Shown piece after piece: positions 1 to 6,857 of a stretch of 44,019 bases of DNA (position 1 is the first letter of the stretch; each line of letters starts with the position of its first letter). This stretch comes from a virus. Made by a program: the position numbers and the translations under genes. The DNA is taken from the IMG/VR virus record IMGVR_UViG_3300011200_000001; one strand, written 5' to 3'. The notes beneath the pieces were generated by a model, which ran no database searches, was not told the origin of the DNA, and saw nothing but the letters and a program-made list of their open reading frames with translations.

Positions 1-77
1 CGAACCCGGCATCGTTGACCTTCTTCGTCCAGGTGTCGATAGCCCCCGCGCCACCTTCGTACAGGATGCGCGCCGCG
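1..77. repeat. terminal overlap: bases 1-77 are identical to 43943-44019 (circular closure of the contig)
   Basis: Direct comparison of both window ends. The tape-measure reading frame runs through the junction without interruption. Confidence 0.95.
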
Positions 78-982
78 CCAACCTGCTCGTTGCCGAAGAT
101 CTGCCCAAGCGCGGCGTTGCGGGTAGCCTCATCCAGCGGCCCGAGCTTGGCCTGCAGTTCGCCGGCTGCACCCTTCATGCCGATGAACTTGCCCGAGGCG
201 TCATAGACGTTGATCCCGAGGTCTTCCATCCGCTTGGCGACGATCCCCGAGGGGGACGTCAAGGTCAGCAGAACACCGCGCAGGTTGGTGCCGGCCATCT
301 CACCCTTGATGCCCTGCTGGGCGAACATCGCCAGGGTTCCCGTGGTCTCCTCGATGGAGATACCCAGGCCCTTGGCTGTCGGCCCCGCGAACTTCAAAGC
401 CCCAGCAAGATCCTGCACTGACCCCATGGCCTTACCAGCACCAGCCGCGAGCAGGTCCGCGATGTGGGGGATGTCCTTGCCCTGCAACCCGAACTGGTTC
501 ATTGCCGTCGCTGCGATCTCAGACGCATCTGCCACGTCAAGCTGGCCTGCAGCCGCGAGGCTCAGCGCCCCGGTCAGCCCACCACCAAGGATGTCTTTCG
601 TGTCGACCCCGGCCTTGCCCATGGCGGTGATGGCGTCCGATGCCTCAGTGGCGCTGTACTGGGTTTTGGCCCCAGCGTCGATGGCAGCAGCCCGCAACGA
701 CTTGAGCGCGCTGCCGGTGGCCATCGTCCCGGCCTGCGCCTTGCTCATGCTGGCGTCGAAGTCCGTGAACGACTTCACGGCCATGGTCACCCCAGCACCG
801 ATGACCCCGCCAGTGACGAGCATCCCCTTGCCGACCTTGTCCCACGACTGGCCGTGCTTGGCTGCTGACTTCTGGGCGTCGTTGGCAAGGTCCTTGGTGG
901 CCAGGGACGCCCGCTTCATCGAGGCGACATACCCGGAGACGTCGGCCTTCAGTGCCACCGAGACCGAACGGTCTTGCGTCAC
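1..982 (-). CDS. tail tape measure protein, N-terminal part (gene wraps the junction and continues at 43942..41490; about 1144 aa in total)
   Basis: GTG at 982 lies 5 nt after AGGAGG (reverse complement of 988-993). Own translation VTQDRSVSVALKADVSGYVASMKRA...DASEIAATAMNQFGL...TLAMFAQQGIKGEMAGTNLR resembles a TP901-type tape measure core. The frame is continuous with ORF 41490..43925. Confidence 0.9.
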   Translation of the reverse strand, partial: MTQDRSVSVALKADVSGYVASMKRASLATKDLANDAQKSAAKHGQSWDKVGKGMLVTGGVIGAGVTMAVKSFTDFDASMSKAQAGTMATGSALKSLRAAAIDAGAKTQYSATEASDAITAMGKAGVDTKDILGGGLTGALSLAAAGQLDVADASEIAATAMNQFGLQGKDIPHIADLLAAGAGKAMGSVQDLAGALKFAGPTAKGLGISIEETTGTLAMFAQQGIKGEMAGTNLRGVLLTLTSPSGIVAKRMEDLGINVYDASGKFIGMKGAAGELQAKLGPLDEATRNAALGQIFGNEQVGAARILYEGGAGAIDTWTKKVNDAGF

Positions 983-1053
983 GGCAGCCTCCTAGTTGGT
1001 TAGATATTCGCAACCGGCATGCGCGCCACCACTGCAGTGGCTAAGGTGCGGGC

Positions 1054-1221
1054 ATGACGTCAGGAATGTTTTGGTTCGCGCTGCTCGGATTCGCCATACA
1101 GTTCGTGGTCATCTACGCGGCGATCAGGCTCGCGCTGGTCCACGACCGGCAAGCCCCCGCGAAAGCAGTCGCCAGCGCCGCAGCAGTAGAGGCCCGCAAG
1201 ACAACTAATCCCGGAGCCTGA
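1054..1221 (+). CDS. small hydrophobic membrane protein (55 aa), opposite strand to the late operon
   Basis: Own translation: MTSGMFWFALLGFAIQFVVIYAAIRLALVHDRQAPAKAVASAAAVEARKTTNPGA. AAGGTG sits 5 nt before the ATG. GC3 is about 73 percent. It fills an otherwise unexplained 222-nt gap between the chaperone and tape measure genes. Confidence 0.5.
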   Translation: MTSGMFWFALLGFAIQFVVIYAAIRLALVHDRQAPAKAVASAAAVEARKTTNPGA

Positions 1222-1549
1222 CCCGGTACATCGGCCCCGGTGGTGGACGGTCAGCCTTGAACGCAATCGCAGCACACGCCGGGCACTGACCCAGGACATC
1301 CACGGTGTAGTTCTCCGCGTTCGCCGGGTCCATCGCCTCAGACCACGGGCGCCCGCAGTCGTGGTGCACGTCCGCTTCGACGCGATGCAACGCGATGGCG
1401 TAGGCGCGGTCCTCGTCAGTCCAGACCGGTTCGCCCTCCGCGACGACACGGCCAAGGAACACCGACCTCGGTGGCCCGGACCAGCCCCGCGCGACCTCTA
1501 CTTCTTCGCGGTGCTCACTGGATCTGCGGAGGAGGGCGGCATAAAAGGG
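1205..1549 (-). CDS. tail assembly chaperone, -1 frameshift extension (gpT-like part of the G-T fusion)
   Basis: ORF 1205..1570 overlaps the 3' end of the chaperone ORF in the -1 frame. It is entered at the CCCTTTT heptamer and sits directly upstream of the tape measure gene. Confidence 0.75.
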   Translation of the reverse strand, partial: PFYAALLRRSSEHREEVEVARGWSGPPRSVFLGRVVAEGEPVWTDEDRAYAIALHRVEADVHHDCGRPWSEAMDPANAENYTVDVLGQCPACAAIAFKADRPPPGPMYRVRLRD

Positions 1550-2019
1550 ATCGACACGCCACGCATGCACGCACTCATCGCGGTTTGGAAGATCGAGTTG
1601 CGCTGGTTCAGCGTGAAGCCATCCAGCAACGCCTCAGCCTGGGCGACGGTCATCGTCGGCTCGACAGCGGATGCCGCGATGAGCGCCGCAGGGAACGTGG
1701 TGGCGTCCCAGTTCTCCTCGTCCTGCTTGCCCTCACGCGCAGGGTGCGCGGCGAGCAGGTCAGACCACGCCTTGTCCCCGATGGACTGGAACCGGAACGA
1801 CGCGGACGCTTCCCGCATCTGATCTTCAAGCTCGGCCTTGCGTGCCCGCAGTTCGGTGCGAGGGTCGGAGTCCGACATGCTCGCCGGTTCCCACTCGTCG
1901 TACTGCTCAAGGTCGTCGTTGATGAGGTCGAGGTCCCCGAGCAGGTCCCCGCGCAGGCAGACCCGAACGGATGCGGTGGCGGGCTTGACTTTGGCGAGGA
2001 GGTCTTCGATGGCGGTCAT
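1498..2019 (-). CDS. tail assembly chaperone (gpG-like)
   Basis: ATG at 2019 overlaps the upstream TGA (ATGA). The product is an acidic 173-aa protein. The gene lies between the major tail and tape measure genes and has an overlapping -1 ORF. Confidence 0.8.
   Translation of the reverse strand: MTAIEDLLAKVKPATASVRVCLRGDLLGDLDLINDDLEQYDEWEPASMSDSDPRTELRARKAELEDQMREASASFRFQSIGDKAWSDLLAAHPAREGKQDEENWDATTFPAALIAASAVEPTMTVAQAEALLDGFTLNQRNSIFQTAMSACMRGVSIPFMPPSSADPVSTAKK
1543..1549 (-). promoter_or_regulatory. -1 programmed ribosomal frameshift slippery heptamer C CCU UUU
   Basis: The plus strand reads aaaaggg, which is CCCTTTT on the coding strand. It is phased X XXY YYZ in the chaperone zero frame (atC CCT TTT atg). 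After the slip the frame reads ...IPF-YAALLRR... Confidence 0.75.
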
Positions 2020-2369
2020 GGCGTCACCCGGTTTCCGCAGTCGCACCCACGGTCGTGGTTGTCGGCGTCGTTGCAGATCCGCGTCCCAGCCTTCTCTGCA
2101 TCGCACTCGGCGCACGGCTCGAAGTTCACCTGATACCCGCCGAACTCCGTCTGCTCAACGGGCTCACGCAGTGCCTTGATCACACAGTCGGGCAGGTCGA
2201 GATCGACGCTTCCTGGGGCCAGTTTGAGCGTGACCTGGAACGACGGGCCAAACCTGTGTGGCTGGGAGACCGAGAAACCGTCCTGCGCCACAGCGTTCGT
2301 CATGTCGACCCCGTCAACGAGCAGTTGTGGGCCGACGCCTTGGATGGTGCGGAGATGTACGTGAGGCAT
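2016..2369 (-). CDS. hypothetical protein with Cys-rich C-terminus (CAECD...RICND...GCDCG)
   Basis: ATG at 2369 (MPHVHL...). A TTG at 2426 is an alternative start. The stop overlaps the chaperone start. Confidence 0.6.
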   Translation of the reverse strand: MPHVHLRTIQGVGPQLLVDGVDMTNAVAQDGFSVSQPHRFGPSFQVTLKLAPGSVDLDLPDCVIKALREPVEQTEFGGYQVNFEPCAECDAEKAGTRICNDADNHDRGCDCGNRVTP

Positions 2370-2457
2370 AGTGCGTGTCCTGTCCTTGAGTCCTGGGAGG
2401 TTGAAGGAGGCGCCGCCCCAGGACAAGAACGGCGCCCCCGATCAGGGGTGGAACCGG

Positions 2458-2937
2458 TCAGGCGGTGACCGCGGTGGTCGCCGGGTCGCTGGTCACGTTA
2501 GTGGGTACTTCCACCGTCTGGACCTGATTGGGTCCATAACCCGGCGTTCCCTGCCCACACTCGGACGGGTAGACCTCGACCTTGTCGCCGATGGCGGGGG
2601 CGGTCCCCGCGTCGATGGTGCGGCGCACCACGAGGAACCCGTTGGCGCGGAAGACCAGCGTGGTCAGTGCGGTGTCAGCGGCGTCCTGCCGCTTGAACTT
2701 CACGCTGTTGGCGAACCCGCGACGACCGGCACGCTTGGTGTCGTAGGCGCTCGACAGCGAGGACGTGTCCACGTCCGCGGTGCTGGGGTCCGTCTTGAGC
2801 CCGTCCGGGGTCATCACGGTGTCGAGCCGCAGCCCGGCGTTGCGCTCAGCCACGGTCGGTGCGTTGATGTTCGCGCAAGCGGCAAGCCACTCAACGCGGA
2901 TCTTGCCGTCGCTCACCAAATCGGCCACGATGATCAA
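2458..2937 (-). CDS. putative major tail (tube) protein
   Basis: A 159-aa ORF immediately upstream of the G/GT chaperone pair. Its TTG start overlaps the upstream TGA (TTGA). The call rests on position and size. Confidence 0.6.
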   Translation of the reverse strand: MIIVADLVSDGKIRVEWLAACANINAPTVAERNAGLRLDTVMTPDGLKTDPSTADVDTSSLSSAYDTKRAGRRGFANSVKFKRQDAADTALTTLVFRANGFLVVRRTIDAGTAPAIGDKVEVYPSECGQGTPGYGPNQVQTVEVPTNVTSDPATTAVTA

Positions 2938-3185
2938 CTCTCTTTCTTGCCGGCATCGCCAGCGGTCTTGCCGGTGGTCCGGGCCACGTCTGTGACCTGG
3001 AGTTCTTGGGGTGCCGCGTCAGCGGCGGCGTTCTCAGCGTCGACCCGCTCAGCGTCAGCCTCGGCGCGGGTCCGGGACTCACCAATGGGTTCCCACCCGC
3101 GGGCCTTGAACGCGACCAGGGCCTCTGTGGGAAGCTCAGCCTCGGCGTTGATGGCTTCGTTGCGGCAGCGCGTGACCTCACTCAT
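2934..3185 (-). CDS. hypothetical protein (83 aa, acidic, Ala-rich)
   Basis: ATG at 3185 overlaps the upstream stop (TGATG). The stop overlaps the major tail TTG start. Confidence 0.6.
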   Translation of the reverse strand: MSEVTRCRNEAINAEAELPTEALVAFKARGWEPIGESRTRAEADAERVDAENAAADAAPQELQVTDVARTTGKTAGDAGKKES

Positions 3186-3511
3186 CAGGCACGCACCAGG
3201 GCGACGGTGACCGTGGTCACGGCTGAGTACGTCCACGAGATCAGCCCGGTGGCCAGGTCAGCCAGGGACGCGGGGAGGTGGATCAGGACGTCGCCCGTCG
3301 TGGCTGGGACGCTCACTGCGACGTCGGGTTTGGCTTGTGCGTAGTCGCTGCCGGGGACCACGACAGTGACGGTGATCGCGCCACCGCTGCCGTTCTTGAC
3401 GCGCAGGAACGTGCGGTCATCGGGCTGGCAGGTGTCACCACCAGCACCAGCGGCCACGAACGCGGGGGTGATCCCCGTGACGGGGACCTGTTGAGGAACT
3501 AAGAAGGCCAT
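3185..3511 (-). CDS. hypothetical protein (108 aa, beta-rich), translationally coupled to the tail genes
   Basis: ATG at 3511 with GAAAGG upstream. High GC3. No motif recognised. Confidence 0.65.
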   Translation of the reverse strand: MAFLVPQQVPVTGITPAFVAAGAGGDTCQPDDRTFLRVKNGSGGAITVTVVVPGSDYAQAKPDVAVSVPATTGDVLIHLPASLADLATGLISWTYSAVTTVTVALVRA

Positions 3512-3558
3512 CAGGGATTACCTTTCGATGTGGTGGATCGGGGTGTTGATGGGCGGGA

Positions 3559-3969
3559 CTATTCCGGGTCAACAGGAGTGGGGTCAGGGCGGGCGGGCCA
3601 GTGCCAGGTGTGAGGTTCGGTGTCCTCCCCCTGACACGCGCTCGATGCCCAGAACGTGTCGTTGCCGTCAAGGAAGACCTGCCCCTGAACGGTGGTTGAT
3701 TCGGGACTCCAGACGCGAACGATCAACATCGGGAAGGTGTCACCTGCTGCCACTGCGTTGCCGACGTGAATGATGACCCCAGAACTTGCGTCGATGTGCT
3801 CGATGCGGTGTGACTCGGCATCTTTCCGACGCTTGTTGATCGCGAGAGCATCGTGCGCGCCGATGGTAAAGATGACGATCCTGCCGATGGTGGGGGCTGT
3901 CATGGTGCTCCTTCTGATGTTGTGCGGGTAGATCGGGCAGTCACCGAAGTAGCCGATTGGCTCGGTCAT
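3559..3969 (-). CDS. hypothetical protein (136 aa, or 114 aa from ATG 3903)
   Basis: Both ATG 3969 (GAGGAGGAGG upstream) and ATG 3903 (GAAGGAG upstream) have strong ribosome-binding sites. The codons between them have high GC3. Confidence 0.65.
   Translation of the reverse strand: MTEPIGYFGDCPIYPHNIRRSTMTAPTIGRIVIFTIGAHDALAINKRRKDAESHRIEHIDASSGVIIHVGNAVAAGDTFPMLIVRVWSPESTTVQGQVFLDGNDTFWASSACQGEDTEPHTWHWPARPDPTPVDPE
3560..3587 (-). repeat. tandem-TGACCC element, copy c (inside the last codons of 3559..3969)
   Basis: The minus strand reads CTGACCCCACTCCTGTTGACCCGGAATAG. Confidence 0.7.
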
Positions 3970-3987
3970 CCTCCTCCTCTGTCGCGC

Positions 3988-4014
3988 ATCTCCGGGTCTT
4001 AGGTAGTGGGGTCA
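3988..4014 (-). repeat. tandem-TGACCC element, copy d (starts on the stop codon of 4012..4170)
   Basis: The minus strand reads TGACCCCACTACCTAAGACCCGGAGAT. Confidence 0.7.
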
Positions 4015-4170
4015 GGCGGGCGTCACACGCAGCCATTCCGGGCTGTCCATAATCGCGGCGCGGGCACCAGTGAGCCGTGGCTGTTGCTCCTTCGGTAGTG
4101 CCGCCAGTTCCTTGACGACGTCTCGCAGATGCTCGTGGAGCCAGCCATGTGGGAACAGTTGGTCGTTCAT
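4012..4170 (-). CDS. small hypothetical protein (52 aa)
   Basis: Own translation: MNDQLFPHGWLHEHLRDVVKELAALPKEQQPRLTGARAAIMDSPEWLRVTPA. AAAGGAG sits 4-5 nt before the ATG at 4170. The ORF is below the track length cut-off. Confidence 0.55.
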   Translation of the reverse strand: MNDQLFPHGWLHEHLRDVVKELAALPKEQQPRLTGARAAIMDSPEWLRVTPA

Positions 4171-4249
4171 CTCACTCCTTTCGAGGCGCTGGTATGCCGG
4201 GTCGAAAGGAGGGGGTGACGCGGGTCACCTAGACGGATGTGTATAGAGG

Positions 4250-4278
4250 TAGACAGGACTCACTCATCTCTGTATAGT
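4250..4278 (+). promoter_or_regulatory. sigma-A/sigma-70-like promoter TAGACA-17 nt-TATAGT for the plus-strand cassette
   Basis: TAGACA at 4250-4255, a 17-nt spacer, then TATAGT at 4273-4278. GGAGAGGG and the ATG at 4322 follow about 45 nt downstream. Confidence 0.5.
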
Positions 4279-4287
4279 CATATACAG
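4270..4287. promoter_or_regulatory. palindromic operator candidate CTGTATA-gtca-TATACAG overlapping the -10 hexamer
   Basis: A perfect 7+7 inverted repeat. An extra TGTATAG half-site lies at 4240-4246. Confidence 0.5.
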
Positions 4288-4321
4288 AAGGGCAGGAGAT
4301 ACCAGCCCGGGAGAGGGAAAC

Positions 4322-4714
4322 ATGCCGATTCTCAGCCAGGCCACAGACCACCGACTCACCCTCGGTGACGAGCTGGACACCATCCTCGCGGCGACCTACG
4401 CGCAGGACGGTCGGGCACTCTTCGACGCCAAGGCCGCGCACTACAGCAACGTGATCTCGCTCCACGGCATGGAGCACCCGACGATGGCAGCCCTGATGGT
4501 GGCTCACCCGTACATCGAAGGCGCGCCGCTGGAGGTCGAGCTCATCACTGAGTACCAGGCCAGCAACATCGCGAAGCTCGAAGCCAAGATCGGTCGCAGC
4601 TGGACGGAGTTCACGGACGCACCCTCTGGGACCCCGGCGACCAGCATCGCCCAGCGCGACTTCGTCAAGCTCATGAAGGTCCTCCTCGCGGCCGCTGGGT
4701 ACCCGAAGTCATGA
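4322..4714 (+). CDS. hypothetical protein (130 aa), first gene of the opposite-strand cassette
   Basis: ATG follows GGAGAGGG. Typical GC3. The stop overlaps the next start (ATGA). No motif recognised. Confidence 0.8.
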   Translation: MPILSQATDHRLTLGDELDTILAATYAQDGRALFDAKAAHYSNVISLHGMEHPTMAALMVAHPYIEGAPLEVELITEYQASNIAKLEAKIGRSWTEFTDAPSGTPATSIAQRDFVKLMKVLLAAAGYPKS

Positions 4715-5154
4715 TCACCACCACGCAGCTTGTAGAGATCGTCCAGGCCCACGGATACGCCGACTACGACGCCGCGACTGTCGAGGGGTTGATCGAGGAC
4801 GCGGTCCTTGAGCTGAACGGCGACGACGGCGGCATGGACACCATCATCAAGTCGGGAGACGAGTACACCGACGACGCAGGGATGTGGATTACGAGCTACC
4901 TGGAGGAGCAGATTCATCCCGATCCCCAGAAGGTCGCGGTCGACGCAGAGGAGGCAGAGCTCGCCGAGATGGACCAGCGGGCCGACCTCAAGCGCATGGC
5001 AGAGAACTACCGCCGCACGCACCAGTGGGATCTCAATGCGCTTGAGTATCTCCGGGTCGCGATGCGTGAGGCCGCCCCGACGATGAGCGAGTCCGAAATC
5101 GCCAGAGTCGCAGGCGTCACCCGGATGACCGTCCGCAAAGCCCTTGGGAAGTGA
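4711..5154 (+). CDS. acidic protein with C-terminal helix-turn-helix (147 aa)
   Basis: The C-terminus SESEIARVAGVTRMTVRKALGK looks like an HTH. The N-terminal half is rich in D/E. The gene is coupled to the upstream gene. Confidence 0.8.
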   Translation: MITTTQLVEIVQAHGYADYDAATVEGLIEDAVLELNGDDGGMDTIIKSGDEYTDDAGMWITSYLEEQIHPDPQKVAVDAEEAELAEMDQRADLKRMAENYRRTHQWDLNALEYLRVAMREAAPTMSESEIARVAGVTRMTVRKALGK

Positions 5155-5165
5155 CCCCGAAAGGT

Positions 5166-5182
5166 GTGGCGAGAGGCGCCAC
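5166..5182. terminator. hairpin GTGGCG-agagg-CGCCAC between convergent genes (weak bidirectional terminator candidate)
   Basis: A 6-bp GC stem followed by tatt on the plus strand. It lies 12 nt after the stop at 5154. Confidence 0.3.
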
Positions 5183-5210
5183 TATTCCGGGTCACTGTGG
5201 TCTCGGGTCA
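5182..5210 (-). repeat. tandem-TGACCC element, copy e (starts on the stop codon of 5208..5402)
   Basis: The minus strand reads TGACCCGAGACCACAGTGACCCGGAATAG. Confidence 0.65.
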
Positions 5211-5402
5211 AGGGCCGCAAGCGTCGGGACCGTCCGAGGTCCCAACGCGGTGCTTATCCAGCGCCTCGATCCTGTCGATGAGTGCGATCAGCCACTCAGG
5301 GTTTACTGAGACGTAGGACTTGCCGGTGTCGATGCAGTGCTGGGCGTTCTGTCGAGCCATCTCAGCACTGAGCATGGGGTCGTTGGTCATGTACTGGATC
5401 AT
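5208..5402 (-). CDS. hypothetical protein (64 aa)
   Basis: ATG at 5402 is directly preceded by GAAGGAGG. No motif recognised. Confidence 0.6.
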   Translation of the reverse strand: MIQYMTNDPMLSAEMARQNAQHCIDTGKSYVSVNPEWLIALIDRIEALDKHRVGTSDGPDACGP

Positions 5403-5432
5403 CCTCCTTCGGCGCTAGAGATGGGGTGGTCG

Positions 5433-5459
5433 TTATCCGGGTCAACAGTGGTGGGGTCA
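5433..5459 (-). repeat. tandem-TGACCC element, copy a (starts on the stop codon of the deacetylase gene)
   Basis: The minus strand reads TGACCCCACCACTGTTGACCCGGATAA. Confidence 0.75.
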
Positions 5460-6857
5460 GAGGCCCCTGGCGATCACTTCACCGAGAGGGCGCACAGCGA
5501 TGCCAGAAGCCGAGATGTTGCCCATGACGGTGGTGAAGTTCGCTGTCGAATATTCGGTAGCCACAGTGGGCGCGGCCACGATGTTGTGAAAGTTGATGAT
5601 GAGCCACGACTTGTTGGCAACGGCTTCGGCTACCGCTGTCGCGATGGTCGCTGTCGTCGTGGTGTTCACGACCTCTAGGCACCGCAGGAGGTACTGGTTG
5701 CCAGGGGGCCACGTCTCGTGGTTGACGTTGTCACCGATGGTGCGGCCCGTGGCGAAAACCTTCGCGACCTGGGCGAGGCTGTTGGCGTCGAACCCCCCAC
5801 CGGGGTAGGCGACATGCTGAGACCCTGCGGCGAAGCCGTTGTCGATGTACCACTTACGCAGGGCAACGAATCGGGCCAGGAGAACGTCAGGGGCCACATT
5901 GTCGAAGGTGTCGATGTCGTGGGCGGTGATCTCCCAACCGTGAACGTCCTGCAAGGTATGAAGGTTCGCCAAGGTCATGAACGTGGGGTCATCGACGCCG
6001 CTTGGGATGATGTTCGCGGTGCCTCTGATGCCGTATGCGTCCATGATGGGGCGGGCAGTGAGGAACTGGGACTCTTTGCCGTCATCGAAACACACCGACA
6101 CAGCGCCAGCGGGCGGCTCCGGGAACGCACCGATCCCACCGAACCAGACATTGACCGGGCCAGATACGCCGGTGTCCTTGACTTGGACTCGGAGAGCGTT
6201 GATGGCAGCCCTGTTCGGTGTTCCGGTCGCTCCGTCTGTGGCGAAGTTCAGGGTCACACGGGTCCAGGTGTTCGCCACGAGGGGGTTCCGTGGTCCGCCG
6301 TTCTTGTATGCCTCGAAGTTGAAGTAGTTGGTCCACGTCGATGCGTCAGAGCCGAGCAGGATACGGACGGACGCGGTCAGTACCGGGTTGTCTACCTTGA
6401 TCCACACCACCACCTGTTTGCCAGTCAGATCGTATGGGCCGACGTTGGCGTTCTTCTGCACGGTGCAGTTGGTATTCAGTGTGGTGGTGGTCAGTTTGAG
6501 CGACTGTGTCCCGAGCGCGTAAGTCGTCGTGTCGTCCGCGAGGGCACCAGCCGCTGACTGTTTGCTGAACCCGTGCCCGGCAGCGAAAAGCGTGAGCATC
6601 TGGGTGACCTGCGGGGTCGGCACCCGGACCGGTCTGTCTGACGTCAGAAACGTGGAATTTAGTAGTGCCCGCTCGGCGGTGATCGCAGCGTCAAGCTCGG
6701 CCTGCGAAACCGTCCACCCAGCATCAGGGGGGACCGTTCCAGGAGGCACCACCGGGGCGGCAGCCACAACCCAGCCGAGGGTGTCCCACCCGTCATAGAA
6801 GGCTTTGTCGAGGACGGTCTTGACGACGCCGGGCAACGAAGGGTGCGACATCCACAT
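5457..6857 (-). CDS. tail-fibre-like protein with C-terminal polysaccharide deacetylase (NodB/CE4-type) domain
   Basis: CE4-like motifs are present: VCFDDG, GWEITAHD and VAYPGGGF. A central beta-rich domain looks CBM-like. The first 30 aa match 27/30 with ORF 36919..38388. Confidence 0.75.
   Translation of the reverse strand: MWMSHPSLPGVVKTVLDKAFYDGWDTLGWVVAAAPVVPPGTVPPDAGWTVSQAELDAAITAERALLNSTFLTSDRPVRVPTPQVTQMLTLFAAGHGFSKQSAAGALADDTTTYALGTQSLKLTTTTLNTNCTVQKNANVGPYDLTGKQVVVWIKVDNPVLTASVRILLGSDASTWTNYFNFEAYKNGGPRNPLVANTWTRVTLNFATDGATGTPNRAAINALRVQVKDTGVSGPVNVWFGGIGAFPEPPAGAVSVCFDDGKESQFLTARPIMDAYGIRGTANIIPSGVDDPTFMTLANLHTLQDVHGWEITAHDIDTFDNVAPDVLLARFVALRKWYIDNGFAAGSQHVAYPGGGFDANSLAQVAKVFATGRTIGDNVNHETWPPGNQYLLRCLEVVNTTTTATIATAVAEAVANKSWLIINFHNIVAAPTVATEYSTANFTTVMGNISASGIAVRPLGEVIARGL

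Noticed and set aside
1-77. The 77-bp terminal duplication read as a biological direct terminal repeat or cos region.
   Set aside because: - It falls in the middle of the tape measure ORF, which reads through in frame.
- Its length equals a common assembler k-mer.
- The true termini are more likely near the terminase genes. This cannot be settled without reads.
5433-5459. The tandem-TGACCC element read as an ordinary sigma-70-type promoter, with TTGACC as the -35.
   Set aside because: - No consistent TAnnnT-like -10 is found at 16-19 nt in any of the five copies.
- A different role is therefore more likely, though a phage-specific promoter cannot be excluded.
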